A stretch of DNA of 64,000 bases from Eledone cirrhosa (lineage: Eukaryota): the NCBI GenBank assembly GCA_964016885.1, contig OZ024761.1, positions 2,108,001-2,172,000 of the forward strand. Reading direction: 5' to 3'. The translations under genes and the position numbers were made by a program. A model generated the notes under the pieces. The model was not told the DNA's origin. It saw only the letters and a program-made list of their open reading frames with translations, and did no database searches. Below, piece after piece: positions 14,625 to 28,480 of the stretch. Positions within the stretch are counted from its first letter, which is position 1, and every line of letters starts with the position of its first letter.

Positions 14625-15470
14625 CTAGCAGTAAAGCCCGGCGTTGGTCGGGGTCGCTCAGTAGCTGTGTTAAAGTTACAATGTTAAGTTTCTTTTTTGG
14701 CTTAAAAACTGTAGTGTCTACTGTGCAGACTTGCATGTGGTGTTTTTGATTAATATTCCCTCAACCAACAATATGCCTTATGAAGTTAAGAAAACATAAC
14801 GATAACCCGAATGTTATAACAAAAGAGGATGCTGGGGATAAAAACTGCACTGGTTATTTATTAACAAAGATCGAAAATGTAAACACTGCAACGCAGAGAA
14901 AAACATTAGCGTAACCAAATTATCAGTTATGTCTGTCTGCACGCCTATATCACCTCTCTGCACGACTATCTGTCTGCACGCGTATATCACCTCTCTGCAC
15001 GACTATCTGTCTGCACGACTGTCTGTCTGCACGCCTAACGACGAAATATTTGCTTGTTTTACGTAGTCTTTAAATAGACTTGTTTTCAAGTAAAAATATT
15101 GTTTTAAAATGCTTTTAAATGGAAATGAAGCAAAACGGAAGCCTAGTGTTCGAACTGATGAATTTTGCAGGTCAATATTTTGCTATGTCATTTTAAACGC
15201 TGAGAAAGCCAGCGTAATTTTTTACGTAAGACGCTCAATGTAAACAGAACAAAGGGAAATAACTGATAACTTACGCTCAAAAATCGATACATTATATTCG
15301 ATTTCGTCACATAGGGTGGGTCAATTTGAAATTTTTTTTTTTCCGATGTCTTCGCTAGGGCTCAATGTACAAGTATAGCAATTTCGGTGCAATTCCGTGA
15401 GAGATTCTAAGAGGAGATGTGTGCCAAAAATCGATAGACAGACAGACAACCACAGTTTTATATATATAGA
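14625..15470 (-). mobile_element. Non-autonomous Helitron
   Basis: Minus strand begins TCTATATATATAAAA and ends with the cccgaccaacgccggg hairpin plus CTAG|T. Internal short tandem repeats at 14930-15035. Confidence 0.75.
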
Positions 15471-15649
15471 TAGATATATACGTATTTATCTCTCCTTTTC
15501 ACATGAACGTGTGAATATGTGTTGTCAGTGTGGGAAAGAGAAAGAGACAGAGAGAGAGAGGGTGGATGCCCCTCATACTACCACTATATGTTGTTGTTAC
15601 ACATAACACAAAGTATGTCAGTTGATGTTAAAAGTACATTAGTAACAAT

Positions 15650-16100
15650 GTGTGTGTGCGTTAGTGTGTATGTGTGTGTGTGTCTGTGTGTGAGTGCATG
15701 TGTGTGGCTGTGTTAGTATGTATGTGTGTGAGTGCATGTGTGTGGCTGTGTTAGTATGTATGTGTGTTAGTGCATGTGTGTGGCTGTGTTAGTATGTATG
15801 TGTGTTAGTGCATGTGTGTGGCTGTGTTAGTATGTATGTGTGTTAGTGCATGTGTGTGGCTGTGTTAGTATGTATGTGTGTTAGTGAGTCTGTGGTAGTG
15901 CGTCTGTGTGTATGTGTCTGTGTGTGCGTGGCTATGTGCATGTGTGTGTGTGTGTGAGTATCTGTGTGTGCGTGGCCATGTGCATGTGTGTGTGTGCGTG
16001 AGTATGTCTGTGTGCGTGGCTATGTGCATGTGTGTGTGTGTTAGTATGTCTGTGTGCGCGTAGGTATATACATGTATGTATCTGAGCATGTGTATATGTG
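15650..16100. repeat. GT-rich minisatellite (38-bp unit gtgcatgtgtgtggctgtgttagtatgtatgtgtgtta) and degenerate (GT)n
   Basis: Seen directly in the sequence. Confidence 0.9.
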
Positions 16101-16552
16101 TGTTTTTGGTGTGTCTATTGTATGAGGTAAGATATCCCCACCACCACCACCACCACCACTGTTTGTAGGAGTGGTGGGGGGCGGCGGTGGTGGTGGTGGT
16201 GGTGATGTTTGTGGGGGGAGGGGGGAAATTTGTAGGGGTGGGTAGTTGGTATGGGTGTGGTGGTGATGGGGGTGTAGGAGTGCGGTGGTAGTGGTGGGGG
16301 TGTTTGTAAGGGTGAGGTGGTGGTAGTAGTAGTGGGGGGAGGGGGGGTCTGATTACACAGGAGAGAGAGGACGAGAGAAAGAGAGAGAGAGAGACAGATG
16401 CAACAAATAGATAGCCAAAAGATGAGGAGGAGGAGAGATTGCCAGTGGCGAGTTGCTTAGCAACAAACTACCATGAAATGGTGAACGACCAAAATCTTGC
16501 TCGTTGGTGGAATTGATGTTGGTTACAATGGCGGAGACTAATACTAATGGTG

Positions 16553-16811
16553 CTACTACTACTACCACCACTACTACTACTACTACTACTACCACTACCA
16601 CTACCACTACCACCACCACTACTACTACCACCACCACTACCACCACCACCACTACCACTACTACTACCACCACTACTACCACTACTACTACTACCACTAC
16701 CACTACCACTACCACCACCACTACTACTACCACCACCACTACCACTACCACCACCACTACTACCACCACCACCACTACTACCACCACCACTACCACTACC
16801 ACCACTACTAC
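16553..16811. repeat. (ACT/ACC)n trinucleotide microsatellite
   Basis: Seen directly; source of the poly-T, poly-V and poly-P ORFs. Confidence 0.96.
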
Positions 16812-16887
16812 TGGTGCTTCTGCTGTGATTACTATTGCTGCTATTACTACTAATGATACTAATAATTTGTTATACATATATGATAAT

Positions 16888-17118
16888 AATCATGGAGTAG
16901 GCAGACTCAGAAAGACCTGGGACGAGGTGATAAAGGCTAACCTTGCACACTTGGCCCTCTCTAAGACAATGACACAGGATCGAGATCTTTGATGCTATGC
17001 ATTAATACAGAAGACCTGCCTTCCCTTGCGCACGGACTTAAACTTACACTCAGTAGGCACCTCTTAACTCATCTAACCCATGCTAGCGTGGAAGATGGAC
17101 GTTAAATAATGATGATGA
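16888..17118 (+). mobile_element. RTE LINE 3' end
   Basis: HGVGRLRKTWDEVIK...; tail acccatgctagcgtggaagatggacgttaaa(tga)n. Confidence 0.85.
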
Positions 17119-17119
17119 T

Positions 17120-17545
17120 ATTTCTATATTAACCACAAAGGGTTTACATCCAGAAAAACATTATGACAGTACAGGACGAAAACACAGAGTGTGTGTGTAT
17201 GTGTGTGTTGGTCTGTATGTGTATGTGTGTGGGTTGGTTTGTGGGGTTTTTTTGCATGTAAACAAATTTCAACAATGTTAAAAAAAAAGAAGGCTCCTTA
17301 ATAGGGAGATGTTCGAAGGTTATTCATGGAAAACCCCCATAAAACCACAGATGCCCTGATCTTTAGGGTAAGAGCCCTGTTCCAGTTGTACTCCTCTAAT
17401 CTACAGGCTTACACTCAGAGCGGGCCCATACACCCGGCCCATGCTCACTTCTCTCACCCACCTGTCAACAAATTGATTTGGAGGCAGCACTTCTCTCTCC
17501 ACCCTGATTTTCCTCCTCAAGTGGGACGTGAAGAAGTTAATCATG
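17120..17545 (-). mobile_element. 3' end of a Tx1/L1-like LINE
   Basis: Minus-strand SHLRRKIRVEREVLPPNQFVDRWVREVSMGRV resembles a Tx1 ORF2 C-terminus and plausibly continues the family seen at 29095-29790. Confidence 0.5.
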
Positions 17546-17743
17546 GCTTATATATGTATGTATAACAATAACAATAAAAATAATGATAACAATTAAAAAG
17601 TAAACAAGGACCAATTCCCAAATACAAGGGGTTGGCTGGAGATTGGGATAATTCCAGGTGCAAAGCAGGACGACGCAAAATACTCTCCCCAGGCAACACA
17701 CCAGAGATTACTCTATAGCATCAAATATATTAAAAATGTCCTC

Positions 17744-17781
<38 letters not shown>

Positions 17782-17783
<2 letters not shown>

Positions 17784-17990
17784 GTTTCTGATTAAGGTAC
17801 AAGGCCAGCAATTTAAAGGGGAAGGGGAAAGTCGACTAAATCAACCCCAGTGCATTGCTGGTACTTTACTTTATCGAGCCTTTAAAGATGAAAGGAAAAG
17901 CTAACCTAAGCAGGATTTGAAATTAGAACATAAAAAGAAGTGGCTAAGCCGTGAAGCAAGCGGTGCTATTCTCTACCGATTACTGCCAAT
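17782..17990 (-). mobile_element. Degenerate tRNA-derived SINE (family of 27280-27670)
   Basis: ggtacaaggccagcaa...ctggtactttactttatcga...gatgaaagg; preceded by an (AAT)n tail. Confidence 0.7.
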
Positions 17991-18086
17991 CAGAAGCTAA
18001 AGGAACGTAACTAAATGTCACACAAGAATATGTCATTATTAACTGCACCGGGTTTACATAAAGAAGACAAAAAAGACAATACAGTG

Positions 18087-21000
18087 GGTAGTAGTGTAAT
18101 GTGGTCTAGGATGTCTGTATGTAACAACACTGTCTATGATATGTTGGTAGTACTGTAATGTGGTCTAGAATGTCTGTATGTAACAACACTGTCCCTGATA
18201 TGTTGGTAGTACTGTAATGTGGTCTAGGAAGTCTGTATGTAACAACACTATCTATGATATGTTGGTAGTACTGTAATGTGGTCTAGGGTGTCTGTATGTA
18301 ACAACACTGTCCCAGATATGTTGGTAGTACTGTAATGTGGTCTAGGATGTCTGTATGTAACAACACTGTCCCAGATATGTTGGTAGTATTGTAATGTGGT
18401 CTAGGATGTCTGTATGTAACAACACTGTCTATCATATGTTGGTAGTACTGTAATGTGGTCTAGGATGTCTGTATGTAACAACACTGTCCCTGATATGGTG
18501 GTAGTACTGTAATGTGGTCTAGGATGTATGTATGTAACAACACTGTCCCAGATATGTTGGTAATACTGTAATGAGGTCTAGGGTGTCTGTATGTAACAAC
18601 ACTGTCTATGATAAGTTGGTAGTACTGTAATGTAGTCTAGGATGTCTGTATGTAACAACACTATCTATGATATGTTGGTAGTACTGTAATGTGGTATAGG
18701 ATGTCTGTATGTTACAACACTGTCTCAGATATGTTGGTAGTACTGTAATGTGGTCTAGGATGTCTGTATGTAACAACACTGTCCCAGATGTGTTGGTAGT
18801 ACTGTAATGTGGTCTAGGATGTCTGTATATAACAACACTGTCCCTGATATGTTGGTAGTACTGTAATGTGGTCTAGGATGTCTGTATGTGACAACACTGT
18901 CTATGATATGTTGGTAGTACTGTAATGTGGTCTAGGATGTCTGTATGTAACAACACTGTCCCAGATATGTTGGTAGTACTGTAATGTGGTCTAGGATGTC
19001 TGTATATAACAACACTGTCCCTGATATGTTGGTAGTACTGTAATGTGGTCTAGGAAGTCTGTATGTGACAACACTGTCCCAGATATGTTGGTAGTACTGT
19101 AATGTGGTCTAGGATGTCTGTATGTAACAACACTGTCTATGATATGTTGGTAGTACTGTAATGTGGTCTAGGGTGTCTGTATGTAACAACACTGTCCCAG
19201 ATATGTTGGTAGTACTGTAATGTGGTCTAGGGTGTCTGTATGTAACAACACTGTCTCTGATATGTTGGTAGTACTGTAATATGGTCTAGGGTGTCTGTAT
19301 ATAACAACACTGTCCCTGATATGTTGGTAGTACTGTAATGTGGTCTAGGAAGTCTGTATGTGACAACACTGTCCCAGATATGTTGGTAGTACTGTAATGT
19401 GGTCTAGGATGTCTGTATGTGACAACACTGTCTATGATATGTTGGTAGTACTGTAATATGGTCTAGGGTGTCTGTATATAACAACACTGTCCCTGATATG
19501 TTGGTAGTACTGTAATGTGGTCTAGGAAGTCTGTATGTGACAACACTGTCCCAGATATGTTGGTAGTACTGTAATGTGGTCTAGGATGTCTGTATGTGAC
19601 AACACTGTCCCAGATATGTTGGTAGTACTGTAATGTGGTCAAGGATGTCTGTATGTAACAACACTGGCTCTGATATGTTGGTAGTACTGTAATGTGGTCT
19701 AGGATGTCTGTATGTAACAACACTGTCTATGATAAGTTGGTAGTACTGTAATGTGGTCTAGGATGTCTGTATGTAACAACACTGTCTATGATAAGTTGGT
19801 AGTACTGTAATGTGGTCTAGGATGTCTGTATGTAACAACACTGTCCCAGATAAGTTGGTAGTACTGTAATGTGGTCTAGGATGTCTGTATGTGACAACAC
19901 TGTCCCAGATATGTTGGTAGTACTGTAATGTGGTCTAGGATGTCTGTATGTAACAACACTGTCTCAGATATGTTGGTAGTACTGTAATGTGGTCTAGGAT
20001 GTCTGTATGTAACAACACTGTCTATGATATGTTTGTAGTACTGTAATGTGGTCTAGGATGTCTGTATGTGACAAAAACTGTCTATGATATGTTGGTAGTA
20101 CTGTAATGTGGTCTAGGATGTCTGTATGTAACCACACTAACCCTGATATGTTGGTAGTACTGTAATGTGGTCTAGGGTGTCTGTATGTGACAACACTGTC
20201 CCAGATATGTTGGTAGTACTGTAATGAGGTCTAGGGTGTCTGTATGTAACAACACTATCCCTGATATGGTGGTAGTACTGTAATGTGGTCTAGGATGTAT
20301 GTATGTAACAACACTGTCCCAGATATGTTGGTAATACTGTAATGAGGTCTAGGGTGTCTGTATGTAACAACACTGTCTATGATAAGTTGGTAGTACTGTA
20401 ATGTGGTCTAGGGTGTCTGTATGTAACAACACTGTCCCAGATATGTTGGTAGTACTGTAATGTGGTCTAGGATGTCTGTATGTAACAACACTAACCCTGA
20501 TATGTTGGTAGTACTGTAATGTGGTCTAGGATGTCTGTATGTAACAACACTAACCCTGATATGTTGGTAGTACTGTAATGTGGTCTAGGATGTCTGTATG
20601 TAACAACACTGTCCCTGATATGTTGGTAGTACTGTAATATGGTCTAGGGTGTCTGTATGTGACAACACTGTCCTTGATATGTTGGTAGTACTGTAATGTG
20701 GTCTAGGGTGTCTGTATATAACAACACTGTCCCTGATATGTTGGTAGTACTGTAATGTGGTCTAGGATATCTGTATGTAACAACACTGTCTCTGATATGT
20801 TGGTAGTACTGTAATGTGGTCTAGGATGTCTGTATGTAACAACACTGTCTCTGATATGTTGGTAGTACTGTAATGTGGTCTAGGATGTCTGTATGTAACA
20901 ACACTGTCCCTGATATGTTGGTAGTACTGTAATGTGGTCTAGGGTGTCTGTATGTAACAACACTGTCTCTGATATGTTGGTAGTACTGTAATGTGGTCTA

Positions 21001-24000
21001 GGGTGTCTGTATGTAACAACACTGTCTCTGATATGTTGGTAGTACTGTAATGTGGTCTAGGGTGTCTGTATGTATCAATACTGTCCCTCATATGTTGGTA
21101 GTACTGTAATGTGGTCTAGGATGTCTGTATGTAACAACACTGTCTCTGATATGTTGGTAGTACTGTAATGTGGTCTAGGATGTCTGTATGTAACAACACT
21201 GTCTCTGATATGTTGGTAGTACTGTAATGTGGTCTAGGGTGTCTGTATGTAACAACACTGTCTATGATATGTTGGTAGTACTGTAATGTGGTCTAGGATG
21301 TCTGTATGTGACAACACTGTCTCTGATATGTTGGTAGTACTGTAATGTGGTCTAGGATGTCTGTATGTAACAACACTGTCCCAGATATGTTGGTAGTACT
21401 GTAATGTGGTCTAGAATGTCTGTATGTGACAACACTGTCCCAGATATGTTGGTAGTACTGTAATGTGGTCTAGGATGTCTGTATGTAACAACACTGTCTC
21501 TGATATGTTGGTAGTACTGTAATGTGGTCTAGGGTGTCTGTATGTAACAACACTGTCTATGATATGTTGGTAGTACTGTAATGTGGTCTAGGATGTCTGT
21601 ATGTAACAACACTGTCCCAGATATGTTGGTAGTACTGTAATGTGGTCTAGGATGTCTGTATGTAACAACACTGTCCCAGATATGTTGGTAGTACTGTAAT
21701 GTGGTCTAGGATGTCTGTATGTAACAACACTGTCTCTGATATGTTGGTAGTACTGTAATGTGGTCTAGGGTGTCTGTATGTAACAACACTGTCTATGATA
21801 TGTTGGTAGTACTGTAATGTGGTCTAGGATGTCTGTATGTGACAACACTGTCTCTGATATGTTGGTAGTACTGTAATGTGGTATAGGATGTCTGTATATA
21901 ACAACACTGTCCCAGATATGTTGGTAGTACTGTAATGTGGTCTAGGATGTCTGTATGTAACAACACTGTCCCAGATATGTTGGTAGTACTGTAATGTGGT
22001 CTAGGATGTCTGTATGTAACAACACTGTCCCAGATATGTTGGTAGTACTGTAATGTGGTCTAGGATGTCTGTATGTAACAACACTGTCCCAGATATGTTG
22101 GTAGTACTGTAATGTGGTCTAGGATGTCTGTATGTAACAATACTGTCGCTGATATTTTGGTAGTACTGTAATGTGGTTTAGGATGTCTGTATGTAACAAG
22201 ACTGTCCCAGATATGTTGGTAGTACCGTAATGTGGTCTAGGATGTCTGTATGTAACAAGACTGTCCCAGATATGTTGGTAGTACCGTAATGTGGTCTAGG
22301 ATGTCTGTATGTAACAAGACTGTCCCAGATATGTTGGTAGTACTGTAATGTGGTCTAGGATGTCTGTATGTGACAACACTGTCCCAGATATGTTGGTAGT
22401 ACTGTAATGTGGTCTAGGATGTCTGTATGTAACAACACTGTCCCAGATATGTTGGTAGTACTGTAATGAGGTCTAGGATGTCTGTATGTGACAACACTGT
22501 CCCAGATATGTTGGTAGTACTGTAATGAGGTCTAGGATGTCTGTATGTGACAACACTGTCCCAGATATGTTGGTAGTACTGTAATGTGGTCTAGGATGTC
22601 TGTATGTGACAACACTGTCCCAGATATGTTGGTAGTACTGTAATGTGGTCTAGGATGTCTGTATGTGACAACACTGTCCCAGATATGTTGGTAGTACTGT
22701 AATGAGGTCTAGGATGTCTGTATGTGACAACACTGTCCCAGATATGTTGGTAGTACTGTAATGTGGTTTAGGATGTCTGTATGTAACAAGACTGTCCCAG
22801 ATATGTTGGTAGTACTGTAATGTGGTCTAGGATGTCTGTATGTAACAACACTGTCTATGATATGTTGGTAGTACTGTAATATGGTCTAGGATGTCTGTAT
22901 GTAACAACACTAACCCTGATATGTTGGTAGTACTGTAATGAGGTCTAGGATGTCTGTATGTAACAACACTGTCTCTGATATGGTGGTAGTACTGTAATGT
23001 GGTCTAGGATGTCTGTATGTAACAAGACTGTCCCAGATATGTTGGTAGTACTGTAATGTGGTCTAGGATGTCTGTATGTAACGATACTGTCCCAGATATG
23101 TTGGTAGTACTGTAATGTGGTCTAGGATGTCTGTATGTTACAACACTGTCTATGATATGTTGTTAGTACTGTAATGTGGTCTAGGATGTCTGTATGTAAC
23201 AACACTGTCCTTGATATGGTGGTAGTACTGTAATGTGGTCTAGGGTGTCTGTATGTAACAACACTGTCCCAGATATGTTGGTAGTACTGTAATGTGGTCT
23301 AGGATGTCTGTACGTAACAACACTGTCCCTGATATGTTGGTAGTACTGTAATGTGGTCTAGGATGTCTGTACGTAACAACACTGTCCCAGATATGTTGGT
23401 AGTACTGTAATGTGGTCTAGGATGTCTGTATGTAACCACACTAACCCTGATATGTTGGTAGTACTGTAATGTGGTCTAGGGTGTCTGTATGTGACAACAC
23501 TGTCCCAGATATGTTGGTAGTACTGTAATGAGGTCTAGGGTGTCAGTATATAACAACACTGTCCCTGATATGGTGGTAGTACTGTAATGTGGTCTAGGAT
23601 GTCTGTATGTAACAACACTGTCCCTGATATAGTGGTAGTACTGTAATGAGGTCTAGGGTGTCAGTATATAACAACACTGTCCCTGATATGTTGGTAGTAC
23701 TGTAATGTGGTCTAGGATGTCTGTATGTAACAACTCTATCCCTGATATGTTGGTAGTACTGTAATGTGGTCTAGGGTGTCTGTATGTAACAACACTGTCT
23801 ATCATATGGTGGTAGTACTGTAATGTGGTCTAGGATGTATGTATGTAACAACACTGTCCCAGATATGTTGGTAGTACTGTAATGTGGTCTAGGGTGTCTG
23901 TATGTAACAACACTGTCTATGATAATTTGGTAGTACTGTAATGTAGTCTAGGATGTCTGTATGTAACAACACTGTTTATAATTTTTTTGGTAGTACTGTA

Positions 24001-24344
24001 ATGTGGTCTAGGATGTCTGTATGTAACAACACTGTCCCTGATATGTTGGTAGTACTGTAATGTGGTCTAGGGTGTCTGTATGTAACAACATTGTCTATGA
24101 TATGTTGGTAGTACTCTAATGTGGTCTAGGGTGTCTGTATGTAACAACACTATCTATGATATGTTGGTAGTACTGTAATGTGGTCTAGCATGTCTGTATG
24201 TAACAACACTGTCTCTGATATGTTGGTAGTAATGTAATGTGGTCTAGGATGTCTGTATGTGACAACACTGTCTCTGATATGTTGGTAGTACTGTAATGTT
24301 GTCTACGATGTCTGTACGTAACAACACTGTCCCTGATATGTTGG
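18087..24344. repeat. 59-bp tandem satellite, about 106 copies
   Basis: Unit tgttggtagtactgtaatgtggtctaggatgtctgtatgtaacaacactgtcccagata; head-to-tail with no spacers. Confidence 0.98.
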
Positions 24345-24530
24345 CATAAAAATCATGGTAGGGCTTCTTTTAGCAGTAGGTATTGTAATAGGGGAATCAC
24401 AGTGTGTCTCTCACAAAGGAACATCCCGTCTTGCCCATGCTAACGTGGAAGATGGACATTAAACAATGATGATATATATATAGTGTGGGCTGGACGCTTT
24501 TGCCGTACACACACACACACACACATATAT

Positions 24531-24958
24531 ATCATCATCACCGTTTTATGTCCATTCTTCCACGCTAGCATGGGTTAGACGGGTTGTCCTGTTGTGGGCG
24601 GTGTCCGGTCGGCTGACCTTGTCTTGCTCATACGGGAATTGATTCTGGCTTGATTTCTACAGCTGGATGCCCTTCCTAACGCCAACCTCATTTACAGTGA
24701 GTGCTGGGTGCTTTTTTACCGTGGCGCCTACACGTCCACTTTACAGTGTGGGCTGGGTGCTTTTTTGCCGTAGCACCTCTACGACCACTTTGCAGTGGAA
24801 TGATAGGGACCCCAGTCCCATCATCTCATTTCCACAGCTGAGTAAACTGGAGCAATGTGAAATAAAGTGTCTTGCTCAAGGAAACAACACATCACCCAGT
24901 CTGAGAATTGAACCCACAACTTTTCGATTGCAAGCCCAATGCTCTAACCACTAAGCCA
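24531..24958 (-). mobile_element. tRNA-derived CORE-like SINE with RTE subfamily A-type tail
   Basis: Minus strand has A box tggcttagtgg, B box ggttcaattc, CORE-like tccttgagcaagacacttt, then an RTE 3'UTR-like segment and (tga)n. Confidence 0.8.
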
Positions 24959-25359
24959 TATATATATATATATACACACACACAACCATGTATATAGAGA
25001 TTTGAATATTTAGAAGGAAAAGGTTGACAGTGACTCAGATCTATTGCTTCTGCCCTGTCAGACTGTATATATATATATATTCTCTAATGTAAAATACTAT
25101 ATATTTATTTAAATAATTTATAATCCATAACATACACATCTAAACCAATATATTATTACTAATACAACTTAATATAATATAAATACTTCTATTTTAATTT
25201 TAATTTTAATTTTTAATATTAATATTAAATTAAATTAAATCTTTAATATTAAGGCAAATTTTAATCTTTAATTTTGATTTTTAATTTTAATCTAATTTTT
25301 CAACCTATCATTATAAATATTATAATCACAATGTAATGAACCCTACATTCTAAATATTA

Positions 25360-25720
25360 TTTACATTCACATGACCTCTACCGACCAATCAAAATTGTTT
25401 TGACCACAAGAATTTTTGCAACACCAAAGTAACGCTGGAGCCACTTTTTTAATATAAAAACAGGTAGAATTCCCAAAACTAATCAGATCAGAGCAAACAG
25501 CACGGACACTCTATCTCAAAATTATTTTTGAAAAGCATTTAGAAATGCGCAACCGGTAAAAACTCAAAAACTTAAAACCACAACTGAATACTAACCCATA
25601 CAATCACTAATACTCTTTTATTCCTAATTAAACCATTTTTCAACTGTGAACAATTTGTCAACATTTTCTATTCCGTTTACCAATATATAACTTCTGTGTT
25701 ACACCTCTATTCTTTTAACT
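25360..25720 (+). mobile_element. PLE-type repeat with variant hammerhead-like motif
   Basis: Homologous to 36450-36820. ttt-TTGAAAA-gcattt-ag-aaatgc-GCAA-ccgg-TA-aaa at 25525-25561. Confidence 0.55.
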
Positions 25721-26251
25721 ATATATATATATATATATATATATAAGTATATATGTGTGTGTAAGTGTCTTCGTATGTGGTTGTGAGTATGTAAATATAT
25801 TTTATTCTTTCAATTCTACAAAAACACTCTGGCCACCTGTGGCTTGTATGTTAACTTGACCACTCAGCCCAGTCTGTGCCATGATTCGGTCTTGTTAAAT
25901 GTTTAATTTCTATTACCAACCCACCTAAAAAATTTCCCTACTATATATCTGTTGAATTACTATTCTTGGGGTTTTTATTTATTTATTTATTTTTTTATTT
26001 ATTTTTATTTATTTTATTTATTTATTTATTCATTTATCTATTTATTCATTTATTTATTTAATTACTTATTTATTTATTTCAAAAAAAGCACTCTGGCTAA
26101 TTGACCACTCCCCAAAGAAAAAAACGGCCTGTGCCATGAAGTGGTCCTGTGTATCTAAATACCATCCCACCCCAAAAAATCATCCCCCCATCCACCACCC
26201 CTCCCTTACCACTACCTAAATGTATAAATACCAGAACTTAATATGACACCC

Positions 26252-26302
26252 AGCTTCCTGAAGATTTCATCTGAATGAAACAGTACTAGTCCTGTAGAAG
26301 CT
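26252..26302 (+). ncRNA. Type I hammerhead ribozyme
   Basis: agcttc-CTGAAGA-tttca-tc-tgaat-GAAA-cag-tactagtc-ctg-TA-gaagct. All three stems pair, though stem II is short. Confidence 0.75.
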
Positions 26303-26390
26303 CCTTCTATAAAATAAAAAAATTTACTCTGCCATGTATTGAGTACCTTACTTACTGTGGTTATCCCCGACTCAACCCGGGACCTACATG

Positions 26391-26425
<35 letters not shown>

Positions 26426-26892
26426 ATGTATGTATATGTATCTATGTATGTGTGTATATGTATATATGTGCATGTATGTGTGAAATTCTACTGATTACCT
26501 CACCTGTCATCACTCTAATCCAATTGTTCCACTACTTCAATAACTACACCTCCCACTTCACCTCACAACAACCACCCCTTCCCTCCTCTATATCAAGTCA
26601 ACAGCAAGACACTTGTTATGTGGGAATGTGTAGGAGTATGTATGTGTGAGTGTGGGACTGTGTGTGTGTGAGTGTGTGTGTGTTGAGGTCAATGAGTGTA
26701 ATTGTGGGAATGTTTTCACTGTTTATTCAAGGAAGGTGTAGTGCTTATGTCTCTTTTCTAGACCCTGGGACTGATGCAAGGAGGGAGGGGCAGTGACTAT
26801 GACCCTTTAAACAGAGTACCAGGTTTGTAGCCTTTAAATGAAGCTAGGTTTCATCCATTTATAGTTGAAGTTCCTTAATATAACTGTACATC

Positions 26893-27115
26893 CCCTTCTC
26901 ATAGTTTCTTCCCTCTCACATCTCACCTATGTAACTCTCTTCTCATAGTTTCTTCCCTCTCACATCTCACCTGTATAACTCTCTTCTAATAGTTTTTCCC
27001 CTTGCACATCTCACCTATGTAACTCTCTTCTGATAGTCTCTTCCCTCTCACATCTCACCTATGTAACTCTCCCAGTTTCTTCCATCTCACATCTCACCTA
27101 TGGAATTCTCTTCTG
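26893..27115. repeat. About 44-bp minisatellite, about 5 copies
   Basis: Unit ctcttctcatagtttcttccctctcacatctcacctatgtaact. Confidence 0.88.
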
Positions 27116-27277
27116 ACTTCTTGCTTTCCTGACCACTAACTACAATTTGGTTGTATTTTGTTTACTCCAAGACAAGATGGAGTAAATATAAGAGCAGAAA
27201 GAAGAGGAGGCACTGAGGAAAATAAATAGTAATTGAGGAGGTTATGACTGTGTGATGAAAAAACTTTGATTAACTAA

Positions 27278-27670
27278 TAATTGTTTCTTCTTTTGGCACA
27301 AGGCCAGCAATTACTCAGTACATTACTGGTACTTTATTTTATCGACCCCCGTAAGGATGAAAGGCAAAGTTAACCTCGGCGGGATTTGAACTCAGACCGT
27401 AAAGGGCCGTAACTATGCTAGAAAGCATGGCATCCAACCCTCTACTGATACTGCCAATTCACCGCCCTTAATAAACTAATAATTGTTTCTACATTTGGCA
27501 CAAGGCCAGCAATTACCCAGTGTATTACTGGTACTTTATTTTATCGACCCCGAAAGGATGAAAGGCAAAGTTAACCTCGGCGCGATTTGAACTCAGAATG
27601 GCAAGGATCGTAACTCTATGCGTCAAAGCATGGCGTCCAACCCTCTACCGATACTGCCAATCCTCCGCCC
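27278..27670 (-). mobile_element. Two tandem tRNA-derived SINEs (Meta-like central domain)
   Basis: Minus strand ggcggtgaattggcag...gagttcaaatcc (B box)...gcctttcatcctt..gggtcgataaaataaagtaccag...ggccttgtgccaaa, at 27278-27467 and 27480-27669. Confidence 0.85.
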
Positions 27671-27732
27671 TTGGTTGCTGATTTAGGCACAAGGCCAACA
27701 ATTTGGGGGGAGGGTAAAGTTGATTAAATCGA

Positions 27733-28245
27733 AACTCCATACAATGTACACAATGTAAATCTTGGATATGCAAAAGATGTAATGGGATAATGAGTAGTCT
27801 AAGAGGAAGGGAGAACTTTACTTGTAGAAGATGCACAGGAGAAATCAAGAAGAATACCAATGATATAAACCTTTTCCAGTCACAGGAAGGATCCATAGAC
27901 ATAGTTGATAGCTTCTGCTACCTATGTGACTTAATTAGGAGTGGAGGAGCGTACGCCGAGAGTATAATAGCTAGAATAAGGATAGGATGGAAGAAGTTTA
28001 GATAACTACTTCCACTGCTAACAACAAAAGGTTTCTCCCTACATACAAAAGGACAACTATATGATGCCTGTGTGCAGTATGTGATGCTGCTGGGTAGTGA
28101 AACATGGGCTATGACCACAGAGGTCATACGTAGACTGGAGAGAAATGAAGCAGCCATGCTTCATTGGATGTGCAGCGTAAATGTGAAAGAAAGACAGAGC
28201 TTGGATGAGCTGAGAGAGAAGCTGGGTTTAAGGGGAATCTGAGAT
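27733..28245 (+). mobile_element. Divergent RTE LINE fragment retaining the Cys cluster
   Basis: NSIQCTQCKSWICKRC...FTCRRC...VDSFCYL...ARIRIGWKKFR...LGSETW. Confidence 0.88.
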
Positions 28246-28413
28246 GATATCATATATATATATATATATATTTAAGAGTTAAACAAGATTCAATGAATAC
28301 ATCAAAGAATGAGTTTTACAATAGATTGGAAGCACTCTACAGTGAAAACGTTTTCCAGAGTTATTAATATTAATTCAAAATATTAACAAAATAGATATTC
28401 TTGTGGTCAATTA

Positions 28414-28480
28414 TATTTTATTATACATATTTCAGAGGTACTGAATTAAGTTCAACAGTACGTCCTCATCAGATAAAATA
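28414..28480 (-). ncRNA. Hammerhead ribozyme motif
   Basis: Minus strand tattttat-CTGATGA-ggacgtactg...cagtacctct-GAAA-tatgta-TA-ataaaata. Confidence 0.72.

Noticed and set aside
16353-16992. Poly-Thr mucin-like or poly-Val ORF
   Set aside because: A trinucleotide microsatellite running into an RTE fragment, with no exon evidence.
18087-24344. CRISPR-like array
   Set aside because: No unique spacers, only point variants of a continuous tandem unit; no cas genes; eukaryotic context.
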